From assembly GCA_002269645.1 (NCBI GenBank), contig NIVC01002154.1, forward strand, positions 84,706 to 148,705: a DNA stretch of 64,000 nucleotides, written 5' to 3'. The translations under genes and the position numbers were made by a program. The notes below the pieces were generated by a model. It saw only the letters and a list, made by a program, of their open reading frames with translations. It did no database searches and was not told where the DNA came from. Shown one piece after another: positions 13,818 through 26,499 of the stretch. How positions within the stretch are numbered: position 1 is the stretch's first letter; the number at the start of each line of letters is the position of its first letter. The DNA is from Macrostomum lignano. Taxonomy: Eukaryota.

Positions 13818-16603
13818 TGCAAGCGTACTTCATTGTCATAAGGCTTTAATTACATCGAATAACCCAGAAGGAACGTTAGCTGAGCCAATCCAAGGCTGAA
13901 GTGGCTTTTAGTAAATAAAGTATAGGCAAAATCAATACAAATATTGGTCAGTTTATGCATCAAAATGCTAGCTCGCAGGAACATTGTCGAAAATGGAGTT
14001 CTGATAAATGAACTGCAATTTTTATTTATAAAAAATAATTTAAGAACAAAGAGATACATAAGAGTGTAATGAAAGAGCAACTTAAATTAACGAGTGATTA
14101 AGCATAAAAGAAAAAGCCGCAAAAGCACACGAAAGTATACCTGTTCACAATTCTGACCGAGTTGAAAAAAGTGAAAAGTAAAAGGATTTGGATTACCATT
14201 ATATTTTCAAACAAAAAGCAACTAAATCTAGTTAAATAAGTGCAGAATATAAATGTAAAACGGAAACAACAATAAAGCAATCCTTTTGTTTTTCAAAAGC
14301 TTTTGAGGCCATTTAAGCTTGAAATATATAAAATCCAAAGTGTATAATATATTTTAAAGTTATGAAAGCAACCAAATTAATGCATGATAAAGTGTATCAT
14401 TAGCTATATCTTAAAATATTTCTATCTAGCTATAATCAACTATCTAAATATAAGTCGTATAAAGCAAAGTAATCCATAAAACAAGTGTTGCATGCTCCAG
14501 ATTACATGCAGTTTAATTGGCTTAAGTCTAACTAATGTTGACACGAAACACATGCTGAGTATGCTTTAAAAATAACTATTGAAAAGAATGGTTCTACTGT
14601 AACGATAGGAAACAGAGAATAAAATAAAATACTAACATATTAACAAAAGCATGCGAACGCCTGTTGCTTGGGTATGGACTGCACTCCAGCTGTTGTAGTG
14701 ATTTTTATACTTTCGCTGATCAAGCCTCGAGTTAAGTACCACTAGGAACACTTCCTTATAGTCTAGTAGTACTGTCTAGTCTAGCTGTAGTCCTTGCCTC
14801 TAGTACAGTTGGGCGAAACCTCAACTGATGGAATCCTCAACTACAGCTGTACACTTAGTCTATAGCTCTCATGGTCATCACCTCGAAGCTGCCAATTCCT
14901 TCTAATATCAGCAAAATTTACGAATAGTGTACTTGCTATAAAATTATAGCAAGTATAAAGCAAAACTATAAAGCGAAAACACGTTTATATCGTTATAATG
15001 AACTCTCTGAACACTGCTTCATAGTTGCGCGCGATAAATAAATAGAAGCTCGTCAATGTTTTGCAAAATTCTCAAAATTTTAGATCAAATTAAACTGAGT
15101 AACTTAAGGTATATCACACATGCGCCAAAACGTATAAATTTGCTACAGCTGATAATTAAAAAACTCGTTTTGTTAAAATGAGTTAATGATGCTTCGTGTC
15201 TTGCATTTGAGTTAGGCAAATAACAGTGCCAAAACTCTGGCAGGTTCTATCAATCAATCAACTTTTTGTAGTTCTTTTGAGTCTTTGTTTTCTTCGTCAT
15301 TGTGGGTTAGTCGGAGACTTCTCTCTTTCACCAAAAATTTATATTGAGCATCCATGGTAGCATTTTGACTTTCGTGAATATAATGTACTTTATATACTGC
15401 TTTAATGTTTCATCCTTCCTTCTAGCCAAAATAGACAACAAGTTGCATAAAATCGTGTTGGAGCAAAGAACTTAAATTTATTTGAATAAAAAATGAAACA
15501 TATGAAAGATTAAAAAATTCTATTATTCATTAATTGACTTTTCCATTTTTATAAAAAAACAGCAGACAAAAATTTGTATTGAGTCTAGCTCGCAAAAATA
15601 ATGTAATGAAATAGAAAATATGAAAATGAAAAAATATTGAAACATTATATATCAAAAAATATATCCTTCTTGATTTTTTTGATGAATTTCAAATCATACT
15701 TAGTTCACAAATATGGTTATATTTTTGGATTGTAAAGGATCTCAAATGCAGAATACCATTTTTATTGATCTTAAGGTTAGTTACTGGTTAGTTTTTACAT
15801 TAAATAGAAATTTTTTGTGCTAAATCGTAGGCTACAGGATATGATATTCATATTAATAATTATTACTTATTAATGTCACTCATGTGAATTTTCCATCCGA
15901 AATAGAGGGAAAAAGGACACTTCTCAAATATTAACAACGTAATAAAATTTTCATACTTTACCAATTCCATTTATTAAAATCTGCAATTGAATATAAAAAT
16001 CATTGACGGTGATGATATGTTTTGTCAATTTTTAACTTTGCTAACTTTAGTCATTTAACATTAAGAATCTTATCTTATTAGTGAGAATAAGAAAATAGTA
16101 AGTATAGTTTAGCTTTTCAAATATAAAAATGAATAGTTCTGTTTTTTATAATCAAAAGACAGAAACTTTAACTAAAGTAAACTAAATTTAATTAAAAAAA
16201 CTAAATAAACTAAAACTAGGCAAACAAATAAACAAACACTAAAACTAAATGTTTTTATTTCATTTGAATATCCTTATATTTTTTGTATTTGAGTATGGCG
16301 CGAATTAAATGGGTGTGATGTCAATGCTTTTGGCACTTTTTAATAATCATAAAAGGCTAGTTAAAAGGCTAGTTAAAAGCATATATGGTGTCCAAAAGCA
16401 TAGCTGAGTGTGAGTCCATGTTTCTGCTATTATCTAGGCTTTATCAAGGTTTATGATTTCAAATTTTGATTTTACAAGGGGCTGGTAGTGGAGGATGTTG
16501 GCTGTTAATTCGATTGAGAAACGAACACTTGTTTAATGTTTATGGCTAAAAATAAGAATGAGAAACCCTGATTCACTATTAAGGCGTTAAATGATTAAAG
16601 ATC

Positions 16604-17028
16604 GGGAAGATCACAGAGTGGGAGATAACAGGGACGGGGAGATCACAGGGACGGGGAGATCACAGGGACGGGGAGATCACAGGGACGGGGAGATCACAGG
16701 GACGGGGAGATCACAGGGACGGGGAGATCACAGGGACGGGGAGATCACAGGGACGGGGAGATCACAGGGACGGGGAGATCACAGGGACGGGGAGATCACA
16801 GGGACGGGGAGATCACAGGGACGGGGAGATCACAGGGACGGGGAGATCACAGGGACGGGGAGATCACAGGGACGGGGAGATCACAGGGACGGGGAGATCA
16901 CAGGGACGGGGAGATCACAGGGACGGGGAGATCACAGGGACGGGGAGATCACAGGGACGGGGAGATCACAGGGACGGGGAGATCACAGGGACGGGGAGAT
17001 CACAGGGACGGGGAGATCACAGGGACGA
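16604..17028. repeat. 17-bp minisatellite (GGGACGGGGAGATCACA)
   Basis: Perfect tandem units seen directly. Confidence 0.97.
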
Positions 17029-17788
17029 GGATCTCGAGAAGTTCTCCCGTGATCTCGGGAGATCACGAGAAGTTCGGGGAGCCAGAACAGGGAGACCACA
17101 GTAAGATCGCAGGATCCAACAATGTTAAAAGCTGCTTATAACTTTTACTTTAACATTGGCCCAGTCTGCACGGCTCCCTGCTCGAAGTCAGCCAGAGGTG
17201 AACAAAGGAGACCAGCTGGGAGAGCTGCAGCCCAGATTCGGGCTGTCGTGCTCAAGCGCATTATGAAGCTGAAGTTTTTCAACTGATTCACCTGAGCGAA
17301 TCTAATTGGAACTCAACTTGACAGTGAAGAATGCTCTGGGGTATCCAGAGTTGCAGTTTTTTTCATTCTTCACTTTTTTAAGCGAAGGAAAATCCGTCCT
17401 TGAAATGCATCGCCAACTTTTTCAACGGCCGGGTCTGGCTGTCAAATTCGCCACTTTCGAACCGCTTCTTCATGTCAATCCCGGATCACGCGACACGATC
17501 GGAGACTCGGTTCCGCCTGGTTCTGGGCTAATTACCCTGTGATGGGCTGGATGCCCTCAGCTTTACCGCCCCATCAGCAGCTCCCCCATTGGCTGGCGCA
17601 CCCAGCATCTTCACTAGCTTCATCTGCCGCCGCTACCACCGCATTGGCCTCTACCGTTCGTGCTTCGTTTTTTTCTTTTGCAAGACAGAAGGCGCTGGGC
17701 CGGGTACATAAGGCGGCGGAGGCCCGCACCGGCTCGTCAGACACCTCCAGTCAGGCTGAACTCTGTCTGAATGTTTCACAGATCCGAC

Positions 17789-18052
17789 ATGCTGCCGCCT
17801 CCTTCTTTGTTTCCGTTGATGTCGGAGTCTGCGGCCGCTGCCGCTTTTCTGTCTTCCCAGCGGCAGCGGCAGCAGAGGTTCCTGCCGCACTGCCATCCCG
17901 TCAGGCAGCTGCTGGCCGCCGGTCTCCATGGCTGCCCGCCCGCCGGCCTCCCGCCGTTCTTGAGTCCATCGGCGGCCGCGGCCGCTGCGGCGAATCTGCT
18001 GTCCTCAGCGTCGCCGCTGGCCCGGCTGCAGGGCCACTGCTTCCTGGCTGCC
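17789..18052 (+). CDS. Putative first coding exon of the NFI-like gene (low-complexity N-terminus)
   Basis: TTTCACAG acceptor just upstream of the ATG. GC-rich Ala/Pro/Gln frame. GTGAGT donor at 18053 is phase 0, compatible with the exon at 18812. No homology support. Confidence 0.45.
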
Positions 18053-18247
18053 GTGAGTTCGCTGAAGGGCCGGCCTCTCCCCACAGATCGGAGGGAAGAG
18101 GCGAAGAGATGGAGATTAGAGAGAGAGATGGTTTCTCACGGACGAGGAAGCACGAATACTAGTACGAGTAGATCGCAACTTGCATAGCAGATTATTTACG
18201 AGCCGTAGCATGCAAGTTTAAGTACATCATAGGAACAGGTCCATGCA

Positions 18248-18612
18248 GATAAGAGTCAGGTAGATCACAGAGTCAGGCAGATCACAGAGTAGGTAAATCA
18301 CAGAGTAGGTAGATCACAGAGTCGGGTAGATCACAGAGTCAGGCAGATCACAGGATTCAGGCAGATCACAGAGTCAGGTAGATCACAGAGTCGGGTAGAT
18401 CACAGAGTCGGGTAGGTCACAAAGTCAGGCAGATCACAGAGTCAGGCAGATCACAGAGTCAGGCAGATCACAGAGTCAGGCAGATCACAGAGTCAGGCAG
18501 ATCACAGAGTCGGGCAGATCACAGAGTCGGGCAGATCACAGAGTCAGGCAGATCACAGAGTCAGGCAGATCACAGAGTCAGGCAGATCACAGAGTCGGTT
18601 AGATCACAGGAT
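18248..18612. repeat. 17-bp minisatellite (GAGTCAGGCAGATCACA), intronic
   Basis: Tandem units; 13/17 identical to the 16604 unit. Confidence 0.95.
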
Positions 18613-18811
18613 AAATCAAAGAGTCTTTGAGATCACAGGTTTAAATAACGAATGAGTGATGGAGATGTGATAAAATTACAGAATTAAATCAAATTTGATT
18701 GTTAAATTTTCAATTCTGTTCATCTTCAATCGAATTCGGAATTGGACGCGGTGATGCGGTAAAAAACCGCCCTGTTCTGACATTGTGACAGCAGTTCCTT
18801 TCACTTTTCAG

Positions 18812-19144
18812 ATGGGAGCCCAGTCTCCTCAACCGCTGGACTCCGTGGCCTACGGCGGCGCTCAGCATCATCAAGCGGCTGCTGCGGCCTCGTCTTCGGG
18901 GTCGGCCGGCGGCTCCCAGCAGCAGCAGCAGAGCCTGGCTTCCCAGCAGCGCGGCAGCCGACAGTCGCGCAGGTTCGGCGAGAACATCGTCATCCTGCTG
19001 TGCATGAACCGCGTGCGCCGCATGGGCGGCCGCTGGTACCGGGCGGTGTCGCACATCCGCACAGGCAAGAAGAAGAAGGAGAAGAAGCGAATCTTCAAGC
19101 CGTCCGACTATGCCAGGCTCAGGGAGGCCTCTGATGCCGCCATG
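18812..19144 (+). CDS. NFI: Nuclear Factor I (NFI/CTF)-like transcription factor, exon (N-terminal part of DNA-binding domain)
   Basis: TTTTCAG|ATG ... CATG|GTGAGG. FGENIVILL...RWY...KKKKEKKR aligns loosely to NFI EFHPFIEALL...TWFNLQARKRK. Phase 0 to the next exon. Confidence 0.75.
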
Positions 19145-19189
19145 GTGAGGGCTTGCCTTTGTTTTAGCTAATTCGGTTCCTTGAAGGTC

Positions 19190-20245
19190 AGATGAACCCC
19201 TCCATGCTTAAATATTCGGAGATGACCCCCTCCATGCTTAAATATTCGGAGATGACCCCTCCATGCTTAAATATTCGGAGATGACCCCTCCATGCTTAAA
19301 GCTTCAGAGATGACTCCCTCGATGCTCAAATCTGCAGAAATTACCCCCCTCCATGTTCAAAGCCGCAGCAATGACCCCCCCTCCCCCTCCATGCTCAAAT
19401 CTGCAGCAATGACCCCCCTCCATGCTCAAATCTGCAGTAATGACCCTCCTCGATGCTCAAATTTGCAGCAGTGACCCCCCTCGATGCTCAAATCTGCAGC
19501 AATGACCCCCTTTGATGCTCAAATCTGCAGCAGTGACCCCCTTCCATGCTCAAATCTGCAGCAATGACCCCCCTCCATGCTCAAATCTGCAGCAGTGACC
19601 CCCCTTCCATGCTCAAATCTGCAGCAATGACCCCCCTCCATGCTCAAATCTGCAGCAGTGACCCCCCTCCATGCTCAAATCTGCAGCAATGACCCCCCTC
19701 CATGCTCAAAGCCGCAGCAATGACCCCCTCCATGCTCAAAGCCGCAGCAATGACCCCCTCCCCCTCGATGCTCAAATTTGCAGCAAAGACCCCCCTCCAT
19801 GCTCAAATCTGCAGCAGTGACCCCCTTCCATGCTCAAATCTGCAGCAATGACCCCCCTCCATGCTCAAAGCCGCAGCAATGACCCCCTCCCCCTCGATGC
19901 TCAAATTTGCAGCAATGACCCCCCTCCATGCTCAAATCTGCAGCAGTGACCCCCTTCCATGCTCAAATCTGCAGCAATGACCCCCCTCCATGCTCAAATC
20001 TGCAGCAGTGACCCCCTTCCATGCTCAAATCTGCAGCAATGACCCCCCTCCATGCTCAAAGCCGCAGCAATGACCCCCCTCCATGCTCAAAGCCGCAGCA
20101 ATGACCCCCCTCCATGCTCAAAGCTGCAGCAATGACCCCCCTCCATGCTCAAATCTGCAGCAATGACCCCCCTCCATGCTCAAATCTGCAGCAATGACCC
20201 CCCTCCATGCTCAAATCTGCAGCAGTGACCCCCTCCATGCTCAAA
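19190..20245. repeat. ~31-bp intronic minisatellite (CCATGCTCAAATCTGCAGCAATGACCCCCCT)
   Basis: Tandem units with variants. Confidence 0.95.
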
Positions 20246-21047
20246 TCGCCCCATAAATGCCTTGAACGCCTGCACGTTTAGCTGAAATTTCTTGGAAAAC
20301 TTTCGCTAAACTGCCGCGCAAAAATTCAAGCGAATGAGACAGGGGTGGGGGCTTCTTGGCATCCCCGATCTGCAGGGGGAGAAGAGATCCCCATCGAAAA
20401 TTCCGATGGCTGCAGCTAATGGGGGCGCCGCGCCCGCTGGCAGAGCCGGTCGGAGTCGCATAATTGATCAGCTGGCGATGCGGCAGCCCCCGCCCAGCAG
20501 CGCCAGCAAATTTATGACCGCAGATGTTTAGGAAGTCTGGACTGCCCTCCCACTCTGTCAATTCTTATAAGAATCCCTTGTTGCCTTCCCGACCCCCCCC
20601 GCCCCTAACTAACATATCCGGGCATTTACGTTTTTTCAAACACGGGGCCGGTGACATTTCTGTCCTACCAAAGCCGCCAGCTCGGCTGCTGCTTCTGAAG
20701 CAGACAACCCGCGGGCTCGCTGTGATTTATTCGGCCATTTACTGCCTCTATCTTATGCCTGAATTATTAGGGCAGGGTGGTTTCAGCAGCCGCCTCATCC
20801 TGTTCAGGGATTCTTCTGCAGCTAACTGATCTATCCCCAGAAATCAGGCGGACTTATTACTATTTAGTGACACTTCTTTTCGCGAAAGATGCCGCACAGC
20901 AAATAATTATTTACCGATATTATCGATACACCGTGTAAGAGGGGTCGGTCTCAGTTCCGGATCCTTAGGCTGGTCAGTCGTCGGATGTCAGATTCAAATC
21001 AGTCAAATTTAACCACTTGCACTCCTGACAATGACAAGTTTAGAGCC

Positions 21048-22068
21048 ACTGTGCCTAAGTCTGTTGTCTCTGCTGTCTGTGTCTGTGCCTGTTGTCTGTG
21101 TCGGTGCCTATTGTCTGTGCCTATTGTCTATGCCTATTGTCTGTGCCTGTTGTCTGTGTCGGTGCCTGTTGTCTGTGCCTATTGTCTATGCCTATTGTCT
21201 GTGCCTGTTGTCTGTGTCTGTGCCTGTTTTCTGTGTCAGTGCCTGTTGTCTGTGTCTGTGCCTGTTGTCTGTGCCTATTGTCTATGCCTATTGTCTGTGC
21301 CTGTTGTCTGTGTCGGTGCCTGTTGTCTGTGCCTATTGTCTATGCCTATTGTCTGTGCCTGTTGTCTGTGTCTGTGCCTGTTTTCTGTGTCAGTGCCTGT
21401 TGTCTGTGCTTGTTGTCTGTGTCAGTGCCTGTTGTCTGTGTCAGTGCCTGTTGTCTGTGTCTGTGCCTGTTTTCTGTGTCTGTGCCTGTTGTCTGTGTCT
21501 GTGCCTGTTGTCTGTGCCTATTGTCTATGCCTATTGTCTGTGCCTGTTGTCTGTGTCGGTGCCTGTTGTCTGTGCCTATTGTCTATGCCTATTGTCTGTG
21601 CCTGTTGTCTGTGTCTGTGCCTGTTTTCTGTGTCAGTGCCTGTTGTCTGTGCTTGTTGTCTGTGTCAGTGCCTGTTGTCTGTGTCAGTGCCTGTTGTCTG
21701 TGTCTGTGCCTGTTTTCTGTGTCTGTGCCTGTTGTCTGTGTCTGTGCCTGTTGTCTGTGCCTATTGTCTATGCCTGTTGTCTGTGCCTGTTGTCTGTGCC
21801 TGTGCCTGTTTTCTGTGTCTGTGCCTGTTTTCTGTAACTGTGCCTGTTGTCTGTGCCTGTGCCTGTTGTATGTGTCTGTGCCTGTTGTCTGGTGTCTGTG
21901 CCTGTTGTCTGTGTCTGTGCCTGTTGCTTGTGACTGTTGTCTGTGTCTGTGTCTGTTGTCTGTGTCTGTGCCTGTTTTCTTTGTCTGTGCCTGTTGTCTG
22001 TGCCTGTGACTGTTGTCTGTGCCTGTGACTGTTGTCTGTGTCTGTGCCTGTTGTTGGTGTCTGTGCCT
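21048..22068. repeat. Degenerate TGTCTGTGCCTGT-type low-complexity repeat, intronic
   Basis: Seen directly; generates the spurious Cys/Val-rich ORFs. Confidence 0.95.
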
Positions 22069-22163
22069 AAGCTTGTGCACTTCCAAGGCGACGGCGGAGC
22101 GGGCCGCATTATTGCGTGACGGTGTCGCAAACTCAGGCCCAAACCCGATTTTCTGCTTCCTAG

Positions 22164-22647
22164 GTGATGTCGGACACGGAGCTGGCCGACATCGTGGCCA
22201 GCCTCTTGAAGAAGATATTCAAAGAGATCCAGGAGGAGCACCGCGAGGCCTTCGTCCGCGTCTGGCTGGACAGCGGCGACGACTCCCGCTGCGTGCTGAC
22301 GCTGCCGGACGGCAAAGGCAAGATGAAGCGAATCGATGGCCTGCGCGGCTCCGACAAGGTGTGGCGCCTGGACACCCTGGTGGCGATCCTGTTCCACGGC
22401 GTGCCCATGGACAGCACGGACACCGGACTGCTGGTGCACCGCTGCGAGGACGAGCTGTGCATCAACCCGAGGCACTTCAAGTTCCAGTGCAGCCCGGCTA
22501 TGATGGCCGTCACCATGGAGATGCTGCGGCTCAGCGGCTACCGGATCTCGCCGCCGGAGCCGGGGGTCGGCACCGCGGAGGAGCAGCTGCGGTTCTTCCA
22601 GTTCACCTCGCCCTTCCCAGTAGAGTTCATTCGCAACGAGATGAACG
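22164..22647 (+). CDS. NFI: NFI-like exon encoding the MH1-like DNA-binding/dimerisation core
   Basis: CVLTLPDGKGKMKRIDGLRGSDKVWRLDTLVAILFHGVPMDSTD matches NFI [44 protein letters not shown]. CCTAG acceptor, GTGAGA donor (phase 1). Confidence 0.93.
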
Positions 22648-22656
22648 GTGAGAGGC

Positions 22657-22735
22657 CGGTGGGTGGCGCGCGGGTTAAACGGGTTCAGTCCGGTGCTAAA
22701 CCGAAAGGTCAGAGGTTCGAATCTCGTTGCATTAC
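22657..22735 (+). mobile_element. Degenerate tRNA-like/SINE head in intron
   Basis: A-box-like TGGCGCGCGGGTT and B-box GGTTCGAATC at tRNA-like spacing. No intact cloverleaf. Confidence 0.4.
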
Positions 22736-23225
22736 CCAGAAGTCTGTTGGCCTTCAAGAACAAGTTTAAAAGCGAATCGAACCCAAACCTCTATCCCAGG
22801 ATTCCCAGGAGCACCTTCTTTCTGTTCATACCTCTGTCTTATAAAATTACTTAAATAAGCAAAATGCTCATGTTTGCCTGAAGTGTTCCTTGCCAGTGAA
22901 TCGGCACTGGTATCAAGTTTTTGTGCAGCATTTTAACAATCTTACCTGACACATTTGCGTTTTTTCACCTCTGGAATCGAGTCAAAGGCACGCGGCCGAT
23001 TGCTGAGGTAAGTGCGCCGAAACCCAAACCCAGTGTTGAGTCAAGCTCAACCTACGAGTAATCCCATGCATTACGTACTCAAGCTTAATCCCCCACTGCT
23101 CAGTATAAGCTTCAGCTTGGGTTTATTGTTAGAAGCCGAAAAATTTTCTACATGATTTGGTGATAAACTAGCTAATGATCTTTTAGCTGCGATAAATTGT
23201 CAGAAAATTTTGCATTATTTAGGGC

Positions 23226-24294
23226 AGCTCAGGAGAGGGGAAATGAGTGGGGAGGAGAGCTCAGGTGGGTGGAAATGAGTGGGGAGGAGAGCTCAGGTGG
23301 GTGGAAATGAGTGGGGAGGAGAGCTCAGGTGAGGGGAAATGAGTGGGGAGGAGAGCTCAGGTGAGGGGAAATGAGTGGGGAGGAGAGCTCAGGTGAGGGG
23401 AAATGAGTGGGGAGGAGAGCTCAGGTGAGGGGAAATGAGTGGGGAGGAGAGCTCAGGTGAGGGGAAATGGGTGGGGAGGAGAGCTCAGGTGAGGGGAAAT
23501 GAGTGGGGAGGAGAGCTCAGGTGAGGGGAAATGGGTGGGGAGGAGAGCTCAGGTGGGGGGAAATGGGTGGGGAGGAGAGCTCAGGTGAGGGGAAATGGGT
23601 GGGGAGGAGAGCTCAGGTGAGAGGAGTGGGGAGGAGAGCTCAGGTGAGGGGAGTGGGGAGGAGAGCTCAGGTGAGGGGAGTGGGGAGGAGAGCTCAGGTG
23701 AGGGGAGTGGGGAGGAGAGCTCAGGTGAGGGGAGTGGGGAGGAGAGCTCAGGTGAGGGGAGTGGGGAGGAGAGCTCAGGTGAGGGGAGTGGGGAGGAGAG
23801 CTCAGGTGAGGGGAGTGGGGAGGAGAGCTCAGGTGAGGGGAGTGGGGAGGAGAGCTCAGGTGAGGGGAGTGGGGAGGAGAGCTCAGGTGAGGGGAGTGGG
23901 GAGGAGAGCTCAGGTGAGGGGAGTGGGGAGGAGAGCTCAGGTGAGAGGAGTGGGGAGGAGAGCTCAGGTGAGGGGAGTGGGGAGGAGAGCTCAGGTGAGG
24001 GGAAATGGGTGGGGAGGAGAGCTCAGGTGAGAGGAGTGGGGAGGAGAGCTCAGGTGAGGGGAGTGGGGAGGAGAGCTCAGGTGAGGGGAGTGGGGAGGAG
24101 AGCTCAGGTGAGGGGAGTGGGGAGGAGAGCTCAGGTGAGGGGAGTGGGGAGGAGAGCTCAGGTGAGGGGAGTGGGGAGGAGAGCTCAGGTGAGGGGAGTG
24201 GGGAGGAGAGCTCAGGTGAGGGGAGTGGGGAGGAGAGCTCAGGTGAGGGGAGTGGGGAGGAGAGCTCAGGTGAGAGGAGTGGGGAGGAGAGCTT
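23226..24294. repeat. 27/32-bp purine-rich intronic minisatellite (GTGGGGAGGAGAGCTCAGGTGAGGGGA[AATGA])
   Basis: Tandem units seen directly. Confidence 0.97.
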
Positions 24295-25492
24295 AGATGT
24301 GTAAACTTGGAAGCTCAGGAGCAAAGCGAATGGGATTTATATACAAGGGTAACGAGAGAGTGGACAAGTATCAAGCATGAATCAGCTGACAGTCGAGCTG
24401 TTAAAAGATCAACAAACAAAACGCGTTTACAGGCTTTCAATTAGTCTTTGTTGCTCTGCATGCGATCCCCGCCACTCCGAGACCGCAGCAATCTATTTAA
24501 ATACTCGCAGTTGGGGCGCAATAAATCTTGGTCTCAGAGCCCCCTGCTACAAAGACTGCAACGCTTAATAGGCAGGAGAAAATTACCCAACTACCTGGTG
24601 ACGCTGCCCCCGCCCCCATACCGGGTTGCCGCCGCCTAATCTGTGAGGATTGTAAATTAGTGGGATTTGAAGGGGAAGCAAAGGAGGGGAAAAATTGACA
24701 CCGAGGAATTTTGACAATCGACAATTCGGAATGCCGTCTGCGGTCACCGCAGTGTCTGCGGACCGCGAGTCTTTGTTTTGTTACGGAATTCTATTAACGA
24801 TGCTTCCGTGACAGCAATAGTTTTGACTGCATTTTGAAGAAACACTTCAGCATCTTGGTGTGGCGATCTGTGAGGCAGGAGTTATGGCCCCGCTCGGGAC
24901 CAGCTGCTATGGGAACCCGACCTTACCTGGGGCTGGCGAAATCCTTAACTTGACGGATGGCCCGAGACTGGACAGCAGTCTGAATTCCCAGCTGCTTTGT
25001 AGGGTTCTCTTCCCAACTGGTTTTCAGGAATAATTAACAGGACTTTCCAGTCTGCTCTTCTATGCGGTCCTTTGTCGTTCATTTTGAAGTTGCATCAGCG
25101 GTGGTTGCGTTGATGTCACCGAGTGGTTGCCCACAACTCTCTGGCGAATATTTATATTCATAAGTAGTTTTCCAATTAATGGGGCTCAACTTTGCCGATT
25201 TCACCCCGTGAAGTTTGGCAGCACCAAACTCAAACGAGGAACTCAGCGCGTGTGAGAAAAACAGTCCAGGTTCAGTGAACAAGTCTGTTGCATGAACACT
25301 CGTTCACTCCGAAGCTATAGGCCTCGATAATTTCATAACCCAAGAGGCCCACCCAAAGTGCATGCAGGGCCGATTACTTTTCTTAGAAAGCGACCACCAT
25401 TTACGACTTGAGTATTTAACAAGCTCTTTTTCTCGATATCCATAGCTTGTCCCAAACGTACTTTTAAGCAAACCCAGACCTTTCACATACGT

Positions 25493-25571
25493 CTTCAAAA
25501 GTGAGATTCGAACTCACGCCAGTCCAAGACCAGTTTCTGAGTTCTCAGTCAGCGGATATTAAACCGCAGCC
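25493..25571 (-). pseudogene. Degenerate tRNA-Leu-like pseudogene or SINE fragment
   Basis: AAGTGAGATTCGAACTCACGCC...GACCAG...TGAG resembles the reverse complement of a tRNA-Leu 3' half. The 5' half is degraded. Confidence 0.4.
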
Positions 25572-25925
25572 TTTTAGCAGCCATTTTGCATCTACACTAT
25601 TAAAGTTGCATCACATGCTTGTCTTGCTACTTTGAATAGTAGGCAAAAATCTCTGATACAATCTACGAGTAGCTATTATCCTCAGCTTTTGAAAAAGAGT
25701 TATGAAATTATTTTGTTCTAAGCGTCCTGTACTTAAGAAAAAGCGTTAACTTTTAACTCATTAAAACAGTTTGTTTTTCCTACCTGCCATCCCGAACAAC
25801 TGTAGAAGCTTGTAGGCAGTACCTGAAGAGTCATATTTAAAAAAAATCTGACTGAACATGTCGGGCTTCTGAAAAAATCCACATTTTCCACGACGCCGTC
25901 ACAACCTTCAATGCGAAACCCGCAG

Positions 25926-26312
25926 CCTCGATGTCCGTGCCACCGCCGCTGCTCGACCGCTACCAGCTGTCGCCGGAGGACGCCGCCTTCGTGCGCGACA
26001 GCTACCCGGCCGTGTGGGCCGCCTACCAGGACTCCCTGGCTACCGGCCGGCGCCAGCTCGACCATCGGCGCGGCGGAGGTGGACCGGCGGCCAAGCGCCG
26101 TTGTGTCCGCGGCGGCGGCGGTGGCAGACGACGCGCCCACAAGAGGACTCGCATTGACGACACCGAGGAGGAGGAGGAGGCAGACGATGGGCCGGAGGAC
26201 AGCGATGATAGCGATGATGGCGGCGAACCTGCCGGAGATGAGACGGACAACGAGGAGGCTGATCGACCGCCAGCCAGGAAGCGGCGAGGCGCTGAAGCTG
26301 CTGCCGTGTTCA
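25926..26312 (+). CDS. NFI: NFI-like gene exon (basic/acidic low-complexity region with NLS-like AKRR, RKRR)
   Basis: CCCGCAG acceptor and GTGAGT donor. A 387-bp symmetric phase-1 exon that keeps the frame between flanking exons. Confidence 0.72.
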
Positions 26313-26499
26313 GTGAGTGCGATTAGAGACGATTGCTGAAACAAAAGATCAATTATTAGTTTACTTCAGTGATCATTCACTCCGTCGAGTGATGGGAACT
26401 TTTCTAAATCAACTTTTTATTTAGAAAGTCATCAAATCACCAACCAACCAGTCAGTAAGCAAATAAATTTGCCTGTTAATCGATCAAATTCCGTTGCAG

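Noticed and set aside
13850-14280. AT-rich hydrophobic ORFs (possible numt)
   Set aside because: No mitochondrial protein motifs recognised; consistent with random AT-rich sequence.
20985-22119. Cys/Val-rich ORFs (metallothionein- or keratin-associated-like)
   Set aside because: Translations of a TGTCTG low-complexity repeat, open in all three frames, inside the NFI intron.
23503-24324. Ser/Gly/Glu- and Pro-rich ORFs
   Set aside because: Minisatellite translations.
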